Virus record (IMG/VR): IMGVR_UViG_2636415866_000004 | Span: 547 to 64,546 of that record | Source: a virus | Taxonomy: Duplodnaviria > Caudoviricetes | Length of the DNA stretch: 64,000 nucleotides | Direction: 5' to 3' (one strand) | Program-made: the position numbers and the translations under genes | The notes under the pieces: model-generated | What the model was told of the DNA's origin: nothing | Databases searched by the model: none | Seen by the model: the letters and a program-made list of their open reading frames with translations, nothing else | Shown: positions 28,282-38,546 of the stretch, in pieces | How the letters are laid out: the number at the start of each line of letters is the position of its first letter | Numbering within the stretch: the first letter of the stretch is position 1

Positions 28282-29493
28282 TTATTTAAATGCTATATAA
28301 GTTAAATTTCTATTTGGTCTTGTTGGAAACGTAAAAACCCCATTCAAATATTTAGGTTGATACAAATTACCATAACCTCCTGTTGAATTACCAGTTGCAG
28401 TTGAAAAAAAGCAAATATTATTTATAACAGTTGAACAAGTTGCCTTGTCGTAATCATCTCCATCTACTGCTCGTCCATAAGCTATAAAAATCGAAGGATT
28501 AAATCCTAGTTGTACATTAGCATAATATTCTTCATTTTCATATCCTACGCCAAAACCTCCCCATACAACATTAAATTTAGTTTTATTTTCTAAACTTAAA
28601 CCTCTTGTATTTCCAATTACAAATTCTTTTCCCCCCATTCCTTGTATACTTATATTTGCGATTTTAGCAACTAAACTAGCTAAAGCTTCATTTCCACTTG
28701 CACTTACACCTTTACTATTAAGATTACTAGCTGCTGTATTCTTATCTGTTTGTATTCTATTTGCTATCTCTGCATGTGTATTATTTCCTGTTACATTTCC
28801 TACTTTGCCAGCAATAGCATTTTTGCCATCACTGGCTGATTGAAAAGCCGAATTTGCTCTATCCATAGCTAATTTTACTGCTTTAGCTGTAGCTGCTTGA
28901 GTAATACTTGTACTATTAGTAGTATTATTAAGTTGTACAATTCCCTTTTGAGCTGTAGTAGCATCTGCAATTTTTATATTATCTACTTTGTTCGCAATAT
29001 CTTTCAACTGTGCTGTTATATCTGTTCTTAATTGCTCTACTTCACCTTTTTTAGCGAAAATAATTGTTGGATCTATTTTAAGTTCTACTGTATCTGTATT
29101 TACTACACATAAAATTAAATCTAGTAAGAGCTCTTTTGTACTTCCATCTGCTATTACTGGCTTATAAGTTTCAGCACATTTACAAATTCCTATAAGATTA
29201 TTTTCATCATCAAAAGCACCATATTCTCTTATAGTGAATCCTCCAATTGTACTTGGAATCATAACTTCTATATGAATCCAGTTTGGATTTTTTTCATCAA
29301 CTGTAACATGATTTATATTTCCTTCCCAAACAACATTTTTTAAATCTGTTTGGCCTTCTGTTGGCTCGTAGTAACTACCGCCTCCATCTCCTACTTTCAT
29401 TTTTGAAAAGTTTACTTTAGTGCCTAATCCTATAGAATTAGCAACTTTAGCTTTTCCTATATTAGTTAATATGCTATAAAATTTTTCTGCCAC
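28282..29493 (-). CDS. tail fibre (DUF3751-type N-terminus, fibre repeat, variable tip)
   Basis: FYSILTNIG..GGFTIREYG..YKP; DATTAQKGIVQL..AATAKAVK. Confidence 0.92.
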   Translation of the reverse strand: MAEKFYSILTNIGKAKVANSIGLGTKVNFSKMKVGDGGGSYYEPTEGQTDLKNVVWEGNINHVTVDEKNPNWIHIEVMIPSTIGGFTIREYGAFDDENNLIGICKCAETYKPVIADGSTKELLLDLILCVVNTDTVELKIDPTIIFAKKGEVEQLRTDITAQLKDIANKVDNIKIADATTAQKGIVQLNNTTNSTSITQAATAKAVKLAMDRANSAFQSASDGKNAIAGKVGNVTGNNTHAEIANRIQTDKNTAASNLNSKGVSASGNEALASLVAKIANISIQGMGGKEFVIGNTRGLSLENKTKFNVVWGGFGVGYENEEYYANVQLGFNPSIFIAYGRAVDGDDYDKATCSTVINNICFFSTATGNSTGGYGNLYQPKYLNGVFTFPTRPNRNLTYIAFK

Positions 29494-30104
29494 TATAATC
29501 CCTCCTCTACTGGATATGTTTTAATCTTTTCGAAACTTTTAGGTTGCATTAATGGGATTTTAACATCTGCTTTATAAGCTAGATTATTAGGAGTCCATGG
29601 AAATACCCTTACTGTTTCTCCTTGTAAACCAACTATAACAACTCTAAAATCTGTTTCTGTAATTGCTCTTAAAATATAATTAACACCCAAGTGTGATGGT
29701 TTTACTTCTCTTATAGAATCATATAAAGTATCAAAGCCACTTGGAAATCCACTATGACTTAATAAATTTATTTCAAAATAATATTTATCGTTATGTTCTA
29801 TAACTTCTACATCTTCCACAAAACTCTTACATATATTCTTAATTGCTTCTATTGTAGTTGTTCCTTGACCTTTTAATTTTGCTAAAATCCTACTTCTTCT
29901 AATAGCATAACTATAATTTATATTATTCTGTATGCCCAGTTCCTTTTCCCATGTATCTAGTCCCCAAGTTGCAGTTTCAATAAAACATTGATTAATTAAA
30001 TCCTGTGTATTTGCATTAGTTGAATCTACTTGCTTTTGCTGTTCTTCATAGACTTTAGATAATAAGTTCCTTGGAAAAGGTGATACATAATCTTTAAGTT
30101 TCAT
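29493..30104 (-). CDS. baseplate protein XkdU/YmfQ (DUF2313)
   Basis: FIETATWGLDTWEKELG, KPSHL. Confidence 0.9.
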   Translation of the reverse strand: MKLKDYVSPFPRNLLSKVYEEQQKQVDSTNANTQDLINQCFIETATWGLDTWEKELGIQNNINYSYAIRRSRILAKLKGQGTTTIEAIKNICKSFVEDVEVIEHNDKYYFEINLLSHSGFPSGFDTLYDSIREVKPSHLGVNYILRAITETDFRVVIVGLQGETVRVFPWTPNNLAYKADVKIPLMQPKSFEKIKTYPVEEGL

Positions 30105-31158
30105 TACATACCACCTCGCTTAAAACAGCTATTTGATTGTCATTTACAGTTATATTATTTGTAGAATTATTAATAATTAAATTATTATAATCCTCAACGC
30201 CATCTGAGCTAAGTATTAAAGCTCCTATCTTAGCAATACTTATATAACTAACTGATAAGGCAACTTTCTTCAAATACTCTTCTATAGAGTTCCTTATATT
30301 TTCTTTAATTTTCTCTAATGTAATTTCTTTAGAATTATAAATTAAACTTACAGATATATTTAAAAGTAATTCTTCTACAGAAACCACAGTTACAGTTGCT
30401 CCTATAGGTCTATTTTCTTCAATATGCTTTGCTACCTTATCTATCAGCTCTTTACTGGCAGCTCTTTTATTACTATTTGAAATAACACATTTTACAGTAC
30501 CATTACCATTCCATAAAGGATATACTTTTGCACTTCCACAGCCCTCTGCTTCTAAACACCATTGTTTATAGTGGTAGTCGTTTCCGCTGGTGGCTGGAGT
30601 TTGTACCTTTAGTAAATATCTATTATATAAATCTTCATCACTCTCAATGTCATAACCATTATTTATTTTTTCTTCATTAGTAATAGAGAAAATTCCTTCA
30701 TATTTTACTGGTAAACAACATATTTCCCCTACATCAGTATTATATTTACTGCCTTCCTTTTCTGCTATTATTCCTACATATCCAATACCACTATCATCAA
30801 GAATAACTTCTTCTTGTGTTATATAAGTTATTCCTAATGATGTTGCTACTAAAGTTTTTTGCGGTAATTTAGCTTTTTTCTTTCCAACAACTTTTATAGT
30901 TCCAGTAGCCGTTGTAGCTTCTTTTCTCTTAATACCCTGTTCCAAACATCTTCTTTCTAAATATAGTGAGTATTTATTTTCTAATGCACTAGAAGCAAAT
31001 ACCATCTTAGTTGCTTCATCTAACATCATTGATTGATAAGAAAGTTCATAGCAACAAGGCATGAGTGAGTTGTATACTAAACTTTTTTTAGATATATCTA
31101 CATCTTTTAAAGTACTAGTCATTTCCTTATAGTAATCTTCTGCACTTTTAAAAAACAT
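30094..31158 (-). CDS. baseplate J/XkdT protein
   Basis: ESDEDL..PATSGN..YKQW..PLWNGNGTV..RPIGA. Confidence 0.92.
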   Translation of the reverse strand: MFFKSAEDYYKEMTSTLKDVDISKKSLVYNSLMPCCYELSYQSMMLDEATKMVFASSALENKYSLYLERRCLEQGIKRKEATTATGTIKVVGKKKAKLPQKTLVATSLGITYITQEEVILDDSGIGYVGIIAEKEGSKYNTDVGEICCLPVKYEGIFSITNEEKINNGYDIESDEDLYNRYLLKVQTPATSGNDYHYKQWCLEAEGCGSAKVYPLWNGNGTVKCVISNSNKRAASKELIDKVAKHIEENRPIGATVTVVSVEELLLNISVSLIYNSKEITLEKIKENIRNSIEEYLKKVALSVSYISIAKIGALILSSDGVEDYNNLIINNSTNNITVNDNQIAVLSEVVCNET

Positions 31159-31164
31159 TAGTTA

Positions 31165-31593
31165 TCACCAGCTTTCTTTCCATTCATACGAGCCGTATAT
31201 ACTGTTAATTGTAAATTCTACAGTAACTTTATTACCTTCCTGTGAAGTTTTTATATCTTCTATAGATTTTACATATTCATCTATAAGTGCTTCTTCTAAC
31301 ATAGACTTTATGTTTCTATTTATATAATCTAAATCTTTTCCTATTAGACTTTTTAAGTTATTACCTACATCAAGATAAATTAAATATCTATTTCTTTGTA
31401 TTTTTAATGCTAAGAAGCATCTTACTTTTACAGCTTCAAGTCCTTCAACTATAGTAAACTTACCTTTATCATCTATTAAGATTTCTTCTTTTTCAAAATC
31501 AATCGCATATTCCTTTAAAAGTGGAATTGTATTATCTTCAGTATTTAAATTTCTACTTCTTCTAATACTATAATCTCCAGGGAAAATACTCAT
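31165..31593 (-). CDS. XkdS (DUF2634) baseplate protein
   Basis: KEYAIDF..VEGLEAVK..SIYG. Confidence 0.88.
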   Translation of the reverse strand: MSIFPGDYSIRRSRNLNTEDNTIPLLKEYAIDFEKEEILIDDKGKFTIVEGLEAVKVRCFLALKIQRNRYLIYLDVGNNLKSLIGKDLDYINRNIKSMLEEALIDEYVKSIEDIKTSQEGNKVTVEFTINSIYGSYEWKESW

Positions 31594-31607
31594 ACTTCAC
31601 CTACTTT

Positions 31608-31949
31608 CTAAACTATCTTAAACATAACTAAATATTTATTTTTAGTTATCTCTCTCAAGGCAACTAAATCATTCTCTTTTAAACTACTTTCAAATAAAAT
31701 AGAACCATTAGAGATAGTTTCTGTTTTATCTCCAATAGTTCCAGTTAAACTTTTAAATTCTCTTGTATGTTCTAATAATTCCTCATTTATATATAAATTT
31801 TCTCGAAAAAGTGGTAATTTATTATTCATAATTTGCAATGGATTAATGGAAATTATTCTTCCTATATTTACTTGTGGAATTTCTATATAATTATCAGATG
31901 TATTTTCTATCCTTCTAAGCCACTTTTCTTCCCATCTCATGCTCAACAC
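31608..31949 (-). CDS. XkdR (DUF2577) spike-like protein
   Basis: IGRIISINPLQI..LKENDLV; synteny. Confidence 0.82.
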   Translation of the reverse strand: MLSMRWEEKWLRRIENTSDNYIEIPQVNIGRIISINPLQIMNNKLPLFRENLYINEELLEHTREFKSLTGTIGDKTETISNGSILFESSLKENDLVALREITKNKYLVMFKIV

Positions 31950-31951
31950 CT

Positions 31952-33946
31952 CTAATCATTTACTACATATTTCCCATCTAGCATATTACATCTTGCATTA
32001 TCTCTTCTAGGATATCCGAATCTTTTAATTTTAGCTTTAGCTCCCTCTGTATCTCCATTTGCTAATAAATCTAATATACTCCACTTTTGATTACCCCACT
32101 GATAGCAAATGTCTACCATGCAATCAAAACAGTACTGATTAAGTTTAATTCCATTATTATCACAACGCTTTTTGACCTCATCTGCCCAATTATTTAGTTC
32201 TTCTTTTAACCATTCTGTAGCTTGTGATTCTGTACATGAAGTTACACCTTGTGCTTTTAATCTTTGTCCTACATCCCCACTAGCATCTGTACCATAGCCA
32301 ATAGCTCCTGTAGAAGATGAATTATCCCATGAACTAACAAATCCCTCTAATTCTTTAGCAAGTTCTACATATTTAGATGAATATCCATTACCAGTAGTTT
32401 CTCCACTTACACCATTATTCCAAGCGCTATCAGGTACAACTCTTATAACTTTAGCTATCTTATTTTTATTTAAATCAGATATTTTAATAACATCACCACT
32501 TTGTGGAGAATGTATTACTTTACCATTTCCTATATATGCTTGAACATGTCCTGCATGAGGGAATACAATATCACATTCTTTTAAACTATCTGGGAAATCT
32601 TTAGTAACATCTTTTCCTTCATTCATCATTGCATATGTTTGAGATGTTAATGTATGAGAATTAGATGTTATTTCCAACTCACTTGAGAATTGATTATATA
32701 CATAAGCAATATAGCCACTACAATCCATGCCACCATAAGATGGTGCTTTTCCAGCCCATTTATAAGGTAGACCAAGGTGTCTTTTTAACTCTTCTAAAAT
32801 CCTGTTTACTAAATCACTTCCTGTACCATCTTTTGAATTTGTTTCTTCATCTTGTTTTTCTTCAATGTCTTTAAATTCTACAGGATCATGATGTTTTGAT
32901 GGAGATAATGTTAACTTACTTATAAATGTTCCATCTTTATTCCAAATCCATTCAGAACTTAATATATACATAAATACATCATAGTATTTAGTGCTAGGTA
33001 TTTTTACCATAACAACGTGAGCTACTCTATAATCTATATCTCCTAAGCAAATTACTTCAAGTTCTTCATTGGGAATAGATTTCTTTTGCAATAATTGTTT
33101 GGCTTCATTCTTTGCTTTAGATATATCTCCATTTTCATCCATAGTCATGCTTTCTTGTATATTGCCAAATCTGTTTAAGTCTGTATCTTCTAATGTTATA
33201 GTATTTACGACCTCGTCATGTTCATCTACTCCATATTTTGCTTTGCTACCATCTGCATTGTAAATTGCTACACTAGTAATCATATTTTCCATAGATTCAT
33301 TGATTTCATAATCTATTAAATTACCATCAGCACTGTTCTTTGAACTTGGCATTTTTATAGTCAAATTACTATAATATTTATCAGCTTCCGTTATAGTACA
33401 TACACCATATTCATCTTGATGCATATAATAATAAACCCCTGTTTGTTTAGTTATCTCATTATAAATTGCCTGTAGTACTTTATGTGCAGGTTTATCTATT
33501 ACCAAATGACTATTCAATAGAATATCTCCATTAGTACCTAATTCAGTATCTATATTGTTTGGTGCTTCTATTTCTCCATAAACATCTAATAATGCTTGTA
33601 GTATCGGTATATTAGAAAAATTTTTAGTTATGTTACTTTTACATATCCACCAACAAAAATCGTAGCAAGTTACTTTTAAAGATTCCTCTTTGCCTTTTTT
33701 CTCTGTGTCTATAACTTTTCCATAGAATAATTGTTTATCTTTATAATGTAAAGTTACCGTATCTCCTAGCTCTACATTAACAGCTACTAAGCTAGAAGAT
33801 AATGTTGTATGTGGCATTGTAAAACTTAATTCTGCTGCTATTTGTGTAAAACTATTGGCTAATTTAACTTCTGTGCAATAATTTTGTAATTGAACCACGT
33901 TTGTTGAATTGTCATATTTTGTTATTCTTAAAACTAAATCTTTCAA
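31952..33946 (-). CDS. XkdQ-like baseplate hub with NlpC/P60 and lysozyme-like domains
   Basis: Hub N-half; GLPYKWAG..MDCSG..GHVQAYIGNG; LEG..IGYG..FDCMVDICYQWG. Confidence 0.88.
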   Translation of the reverse strand: MKDLVLRITKYDNSTNVVQLQNYCTEVKLANSFTQIAAELSFTMPHTTLSSSLVAVNVELGDTVTLHYKDKQLFYGKVIDTEKKGKEESLKVTCYDFCWWICKSNITKNFSNIPILQALLDVYGEIEAPNNIDTELGTNGDILLNSHLVIDKPAHKVLQAIYNEITKQTGVYYYMHQDEYGVCTITEADKYYSNLTIKMPSSKNSADGNLIDYEINESMENMITSVAIYNADGSKAKYGVDEHDEVVNTITLEDTDLNRFGNIQESMTMDENGDISKAKNEAKQLLQKKSIPNEELEVICLGDIDYRVAHVVMVKIPSTKYYDVFMYILSSEWIWNKDGTFISKLTLSPSKHHDPVEFKDIEEKQDEETNSKDGTGSDLVNRILEELKRHLGLPYKWAGKAPSYGGMDCSGYIAYVYNQFSSELEITSNSHTLTSQTYAMMNEGKDVTKDFPDSLKECDIVFPHAGHVQAYIGNGKVIHSPQSGDVIKISDLNKNKIAKVIRVVPDSAWNNGVSGETTGNGYSSKYVELAKELEGFVSSWDNSSSTGAIGYGTDASGDVGQRLKAQGVTSCTESQATEWLKEELNNWADEVKKRCDNNGIKLNQYCFDCMVDICYQWGNQKWSILDLLANGDTEGAKAKIKRFGYPRRDNARCNMLDGKYVVND

Positions 33947-33959
33947 ATTTACACCTCTT

Positions 33960-34586
33960 TTATATTTTTAATTGTTGTCCCAATGTAATATCTAAAGGAT
34001 TCTTAAGACCATTAATTCTTAATAAATAATCCCATTTAGAACTGTCTCCATATAACTTAGCCGCAATGTTTATTAACGTGTCTCCTTCTCCTACATAATA
34101 ATAAGGACTACCATAGCTATTAGCTATATATTCGCTATTAACAATACTTTGTTGATACACTTTTAATTCCTTATATTCCCTAAAATCTAAAGTATAATAA
34201 ACATTCTTATTTCCATTCTTTTCTCCATGTGTAAACCCAACTATTTTACAATTATATTTATTTATTGTTTTAGCATCACTATAATATTCAAACTCTAGTA
34301 TCTGCTGTTCCTTCATCCACCGACTAAATGTTTTTACATAATATTCTGTTTCATATTTAGTTTTAGAGAGTATAAAATCATAGTTATTATTTATATCTGG
34401 GAAAAAACTTTCACAACTCCAAGTATCTAGCTTTGCTGTTGATCCAATTTCTATTTCTCCAAAACCAAGTAAATCTTGTGAACTTGTAGACATACTCTCT
34501 TTAAAAGTAATTAAAGGAGTTATAGGCAATTGAATGCCTATATCTTCATTTAGACTCTTTATCCAAACTGCTCTTCTACCATCCAT
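33960..34586 (-). CDS. XkdP-like LysM tail protein
   Basis: YVGEGDTLINIAAKLYGD..NPLDITLGQQLKI. Confidence 0.9.
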   Translation of the reverse strand: MDGRRAVWIKSLNEDIGIQLPITPLITFKESMSTSSQDLLGFGEIEIGSTAKLDTWSCESFFPDINNNYDFILSKTKYETEYYVKTFSRWMKEQQILEFEYYSDAKTINKYNCKIVGFTHGEKNGNKNVYYTLDFREYKELKVYQQSIVNSEYIANSYGSPYYYVGEGDTLINIAAKLYGDSSKWDYLLRINGLKNPLDITLGQQLKI

Positions 34587-34598
34587 ACCTATCCCTCC

Positions 34599-36437
34599 TT
34601 AATAATCTAAATTATTTCTTGTATTAGTATACTTATCTAATATTTTAAATGCTGCATCCATAAGTTCATTCACATCTGCTGTTTCTCTTATAGTATCTAC
34701 ATTTAAGCTAACATCAAATTTATTTTGAACTGTATTTTTAGTATTATTTTTAGTAACACTTCCATTAGAAATCATGCTTGGTATAGTGTCCCATTTACTT
34801 CCTTTATCATCATTAAAATTGTTATAAACATTATTTATCTGATTGTCTGATTCTTGCCAATCTGTTATGATTTTATTGCTTCTAGCATCAAATTCTTGTT
34901 TAGCATTTTCTTTTCCTAAAAGTTTTGCGCCACCATATTGCAACGCATTCCAAGAACTTTTAAATATTGCTTTTGTGGTATCTGCTACATCTGTTTTTTC
35001 ACCATCTTTAGCACCATAATTCCACCCATCATTTACAAGATTATGAAGTTTACCATTTTTACTAAAGAAGCTATTTGCTGTTGCTGCAAATAATCCGACT
35101 CCTAATGCTGCTTTTCCAAGCATTAGAGATGATGATTTGGCTGTATTCCCTAGTAATCCTAGAGTAGAACTAACTTTTGTTATAGGACTTATAATAGCAC
35201 TTGATACCTTAAGTAAAGCTATCCCGCCACCAAGCTTTGCAATAATTCCTGGAAGCTCTGGGTGTTCTGTAATATAGTCTAATCCACCAACTAAACTATT
35301 TCCTAATTTGCCTAAACCATCAGCAATTTTATCAAAAGATTCGCTCTTAGAAAAATTATTTACACTAGCTATCATAGTTTCCATACCTTTAGAGAATTTA
35401 TCAAATAAACTACCATCTTTAATAGTTCCATTATCTGCAATTCCTGCTAATTCTGCTAAAGACTTTTTAATATTTCCTTTAAGAGCCGACTTTCTTCCAT
35501 CTGCTGTTTTAGCAAATTTATCTGTCATTCCTGAAATACCTTTATCATCCATATAGGACTTTAAAACATTCATTAATTTTTCTTTGTCTGTTACTTGACC
35601 TTTTTTATTAGTAAACTTTCCTAGACCTTTTGCATCAGCATATTCTTCTAAAGCTGCTCTTTTAGTTCCTGTAATAGTTTGTAATCTCATCCATTCACCG
35701 TTTTGAGCATCACTCAATGCATCTATTGCAGAATTTAAATCACCAACTTTTTGAATTTTTGCATAACTTCCTAAATCTTCATACATCTTGAAAGTGTTTG
35801 AATCATCTTTAAGACCTAAGGATTTTGCTCGGGCTAAGCCAGAAGCAACTTCCCCTTCTTCAAAAGGAGTATCATTAGCTTCTTTGGTTGCCCATTTATA
35901 TTTTTCTTTTCCTTGTTGTTCTCCATAAACTGCATTTAAAAAGACACTAGCATTTTGAAATTCACTAGCATCTTTAACAGATGTATTTACCAAACCTACA
36001 GCACCTTTAAAACTTAAATATCCTGCTGTTAATTTACTTAATGTTCCTAAAGTAGAATTAGAGAAGTTATTTACACTATTTGTTATTCCTTTAAAGGCAT
36101 TATTACCATCGTTTTTTATTTTATTAAATGAATTTCCCCAGTTGCTACTTGTTTTATCACTTGTATTTTTTGAATTACTTTCAACTTCACTCCAAGCTTT
36201 TTTCATAGCCTCACTTTGTGTTAATCCAGCACGCTTGTACTCTGCTGCTAATCCCATAACATGAGTTTTCATATTTCCAGTAACTGTAGCACTTTGCAAC
36301 TCTGCCTTACTTATTGATCCAGTAATACTATTAACGCTATTTTTAGCATTATCAGCTTGACCAGTAAATGAGCTAAAGGCTTTAGAAAATCCATCTTTTA
36401 TAGTTAATTCACTTCCAAATAATCCTATAATGCTCAC
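34599..36437 (-). CDS. tape measure protein
   Basis: Ala/Ser/Gly-rich helical sequence, ANDTPFE motif; start codon uncertain. Confidence 0.88.
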   Translation of the reverse strand: MSIIGLFGSELTIKDGFSKAFSSFTGQADNAKNSVNSITGSISKAELQSATVTGNMKTHVMGLAAEYKRAGLTQSEAMKKAWSEVESNSKNTSDKTSSNWGNSFNKIKNDGNNAFKGITNSVNNFSNSTLGTLSKLTAGYLSFKGAVGLVNTSVKDASEFQNASVFLNAVYGEQQGKEKYKWATKEANDTPFEEGEVASGLARAKSLGLKDDSNTFKMYEDLGSYAKIQKVGDLNSAIDALSDAQNGEWMRLQTITGTKRAALEEYADAKGLGKFTNKKGQVTDKEKLMNVLKSYMDDKGISGMTDKFAKTADGRKSALKGNIKKSLAELAGIADNGTIKDGSLFDKFSKGMETMIASVNNFSKSESFDKIADGLGKLGNSLVGGLDYITEHPELPGIIAKLGGGIALLKVSSAIISPITKVSSTLGLLGNTAKSSSLMLGKAALGVGLFAATANSFFSKNGKLHNLVNDGWNYGAKDGEKTDVADTTKAIFKSSWNALQYGGAKLLGKENAKQEFDARSNKIITDWQESDNQINNVYNNFNDDKGSKWDTIPSMISNGSVTKNNTKNTVQNKFDVSLNVDTIRETADVNELMDAAFKILDKYTNTRNNLDY

Positions 36438-36626
36438 CTACTTTCTTTTTAAAAATGGATTTAATGCAACTTTTTCTTCAATATCTTCTTCGTGTGTCTG
36501 CTGCATAGCTGCTATATAAAACATTTTTTCATAATAACCAAGATTAAGAAGCTTATTAATATCATGCCCTCTATTCAAATAATATGAAATCATTCTAACT
36601 TCATCATCTTGGCCTATTAGTTTTTT
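36438..36626 (-). CDS. -1 frameshift extension of the tail assembly chaperone
   Basis: Slippery A AAA AAC (36626-36620); -1 frame open (KLIGQDDEVRMISYYLNRGH...) to TAG 36438-40. Confidence 0.8.
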   Translation of the reverse strand, partial: KKLIGQDDEVRMISYYLNRGHDINKLLNLGYYEKMFYIAAMQQTHEEDIEEKVALNPFLKRK

Positions 36627-37000
36627 ATTTCTTTAATAAGACCTTTTTCTCTATACATTCCACTTAGTTTTCCAATTTCCTCAGAAATATTATCTATTTC
36701 AGCTCTTGTAAATAATTTTCTTACTATTCCTTTTGGATTTGTTTTGCAACCAAATCCCTCTTGTAATTCCTTATCCTTTAAATTAGGTTCAATTACAGCA
36801 TCATAAAGTACATTTTTATTTAATTCATAATCTGTTTTACTAGTTTCTCCTATTCTATCAAATGTTTCATCATCAATGTTTTTAATTGTTATTTTCCCAT
36901 CTCCTATAGATTTAAGAGACTTTATTTCTAAAACTTTAGTTTTTTCAGCATTCTTTTCATCTAATATTCCCTTGTTTTCTAATAAATCTTTAATGTTCAA
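36617..37000 (-). CDS. XkdN-like tail assembly chaperone
   Basis: VIEPNLKDKEL..IKEIKN; between tube and TMP. Confidence 0.88.
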   Translation of the reverse strand: MNIKDLLENKGILDEKNAEKTKVLEIKSLKSIGDGKITIKNIDDETFDRIGETSKTDYELNKNVLYDAVIEPNLKDKELQEGFGCKTNPKGIVRKLFTRAEIDNISEEIGKLSGMYREKGLIKEIKN

Positions 37001-37015
37001 TTCAATACACTCCTT

Positions 37016-37441
37016 TTATTCAAATGTTACTTTATTAGGATTATAAGAAAAGTCATAGTTGCTTTCTAACAATTTTGTTATATCAGCATCTATGACTTTA
37101 AATTTAGTTATTTTGCAATCTTCTATCATTACTCTTTCCACAGAACTTTGATTTGGATCATTTAATTCTGATATTAAATCAAATACAAAGGCTTTTCCTT
37201 CCTTAATACTCTCATTTATTTTCTTAAGTAATCCATTATATGTTTTGTGAAATCCTAAAGATCCAGTACCATTAGCACCTCTTACAACTTCTTCATTTCC
37301 TAATTGTCCTGCAATTGGAACTTTGTCTGTTTCCAATGCAGATTCAGCACTTGCTGTTCTAACTTCTGCATATTGATCTCCATCAATCCAAAGAGAATAA
37401 AAACGACCATTAATTATTTTGTCAGCTGTAAAATTCTCCAT
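37016..37441 (-). CDS. tail tube protein (XkdM-like)
   Basis: IINGRFYSLWIDG..LNDP. Confidence 0.88.
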   Translation of the reverse strand: MENFTADKIINGRFYSLWIDGDQYAEVRTASAESALETDKVPIAGQLGNEEVVRGANGTGSLGFHKTYNGLLKKINESIKEGKAFVFDLISELNDPNQSSVERVMIEDCKITKFKVIDADITKLLESNYDFSYNPNKVTFE

Positions 37442-37460
37442 TTAATCACTCCTTAATATC

Positions 37461-38543
37461 TTAATAATTTAAATCAAGTTCTAAATTCTCAGCAGTATCA
37501 ACTACTCTAACGGAACCAGCTGTAAATACATTTTCTCCTGAATCTGATTTTAAAATTTCTTCATCATTCATTTCTGAACAATCCCAACCTCTTTCATCTT
37601 CCAAATAATTTTTTTGAGCTTCAACATCAAGCCATATTTCTGATTTTTCGCCATCATTTAAAGCACCTTGTTTTTTCATACCTCTTAGATACGTATTTAC
37701 AGCTGATACAAATAATCTTTTATTACTTAAAGTGTTACTTACTTTTCCTTGATAATACTTTTTAAATGTAACTTTTATATCATCTCTTATTGTATCTAAT
37801 ATATCTACAATTCTAATTTTCTTTAACGCTTCTTTTTCATTAGGCGCTATAGTAATTTTAGAATTAACAGCCTTAGATATTACTACACTTTCAAGGTCAT
37901 TGTCATAAAACATAAATAGCTTACCTTCATCAACTAATGTATCTAAATCTTCACCAACTACATCAACCGATTTTACACCTTCTACAATCATGTTAGTTAA
38001 AGAACTATTGAATCCACAATTAGCAGCTAAACAGGCAATATCTACTGTAAATTGTTGCCCTGTATATTTAGTTTTATCTGTCATAACTATTTCCTTATTT
38101 ACAAAGTTAATAATTCCTTCGTAATCTGCTTCATGATTATGAAGTACTGCTTTTACTAATATATTGTTATTTTTTCTTTGATCTTTAATAAATTGTGATA
38201 CTTTTTTCTTTTCTTCATCTGTTGTAACAGTAGGGCAAGCAAGGTAATTAAATTTAACATCATTTAATATTGTTAATGCTTTATCTATAGTCTCGGGTGT
38301 TTGTGCTTTTGAATTATAACAAACTACCTTTAGGTTTTTTACTGCTCTATCTGCAAAACAACGTCTTATTACTGCTTTATTTTCTTCTGAGTACTCCTCT
38401 TTTACATTTCTAAATCTTGTATAAGTGTGTAATCCTACCACTTTCGGATCATCTAATGTTAAACAAACAATACCTCTTTTACTTCTACTGGAACCACTTT
38501 CAGCAAGTGCTTTTAGTGTTATAACAACTTTTTGCATTCCCAT
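37461..38543 (-). CDS. tail sheath protein (XkdK-like)
   Basis: RSKRGIV..ADYEGIIN..KIRIVDILD..YQGKVSN. Confidence 0.92.
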   Translation of the reverse strand: MGMQKVVITLKALAESGSSRSKRGIVCLTLDDPKVVGLHTYTRFRNVKEEYSEENKAVIRRCFADRAVKNLKVVCYNSKAQTPETIDKALTILNDVKFNYLACPTVTTDEEKKKVSQFIKDQRKNNNILVKAVLHNHEADYEGIINFVNKEIVMTDKTKYTGQQFTVDIACLAANCGFNSSLTNMIVEGVKSVDVVGEDLDTLVDEGKLFMFYDNDLESVVISKAVNSKITIAPNEKEALKKIRIVDILDTIRDDIKVTFKKYYQGKVSNTLSNKRLFVSAVNTYLRGMKKQGALNDGEKSEIWLDVEAQKNYLEDERGWDCSEMNDEEILKSDSGENVFTAGSVRVVDTAENLELDLNY

Positions 38544-38546
38544 TTA

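Noticed and set aside
27800-29493. Diversity-generating retroelement or classic invertible tail-fibre shufflon
   Set aside because: No reverse transcriptase, no TR/VR pair, no alternative tip on the opposite strand and no adjacent invertase
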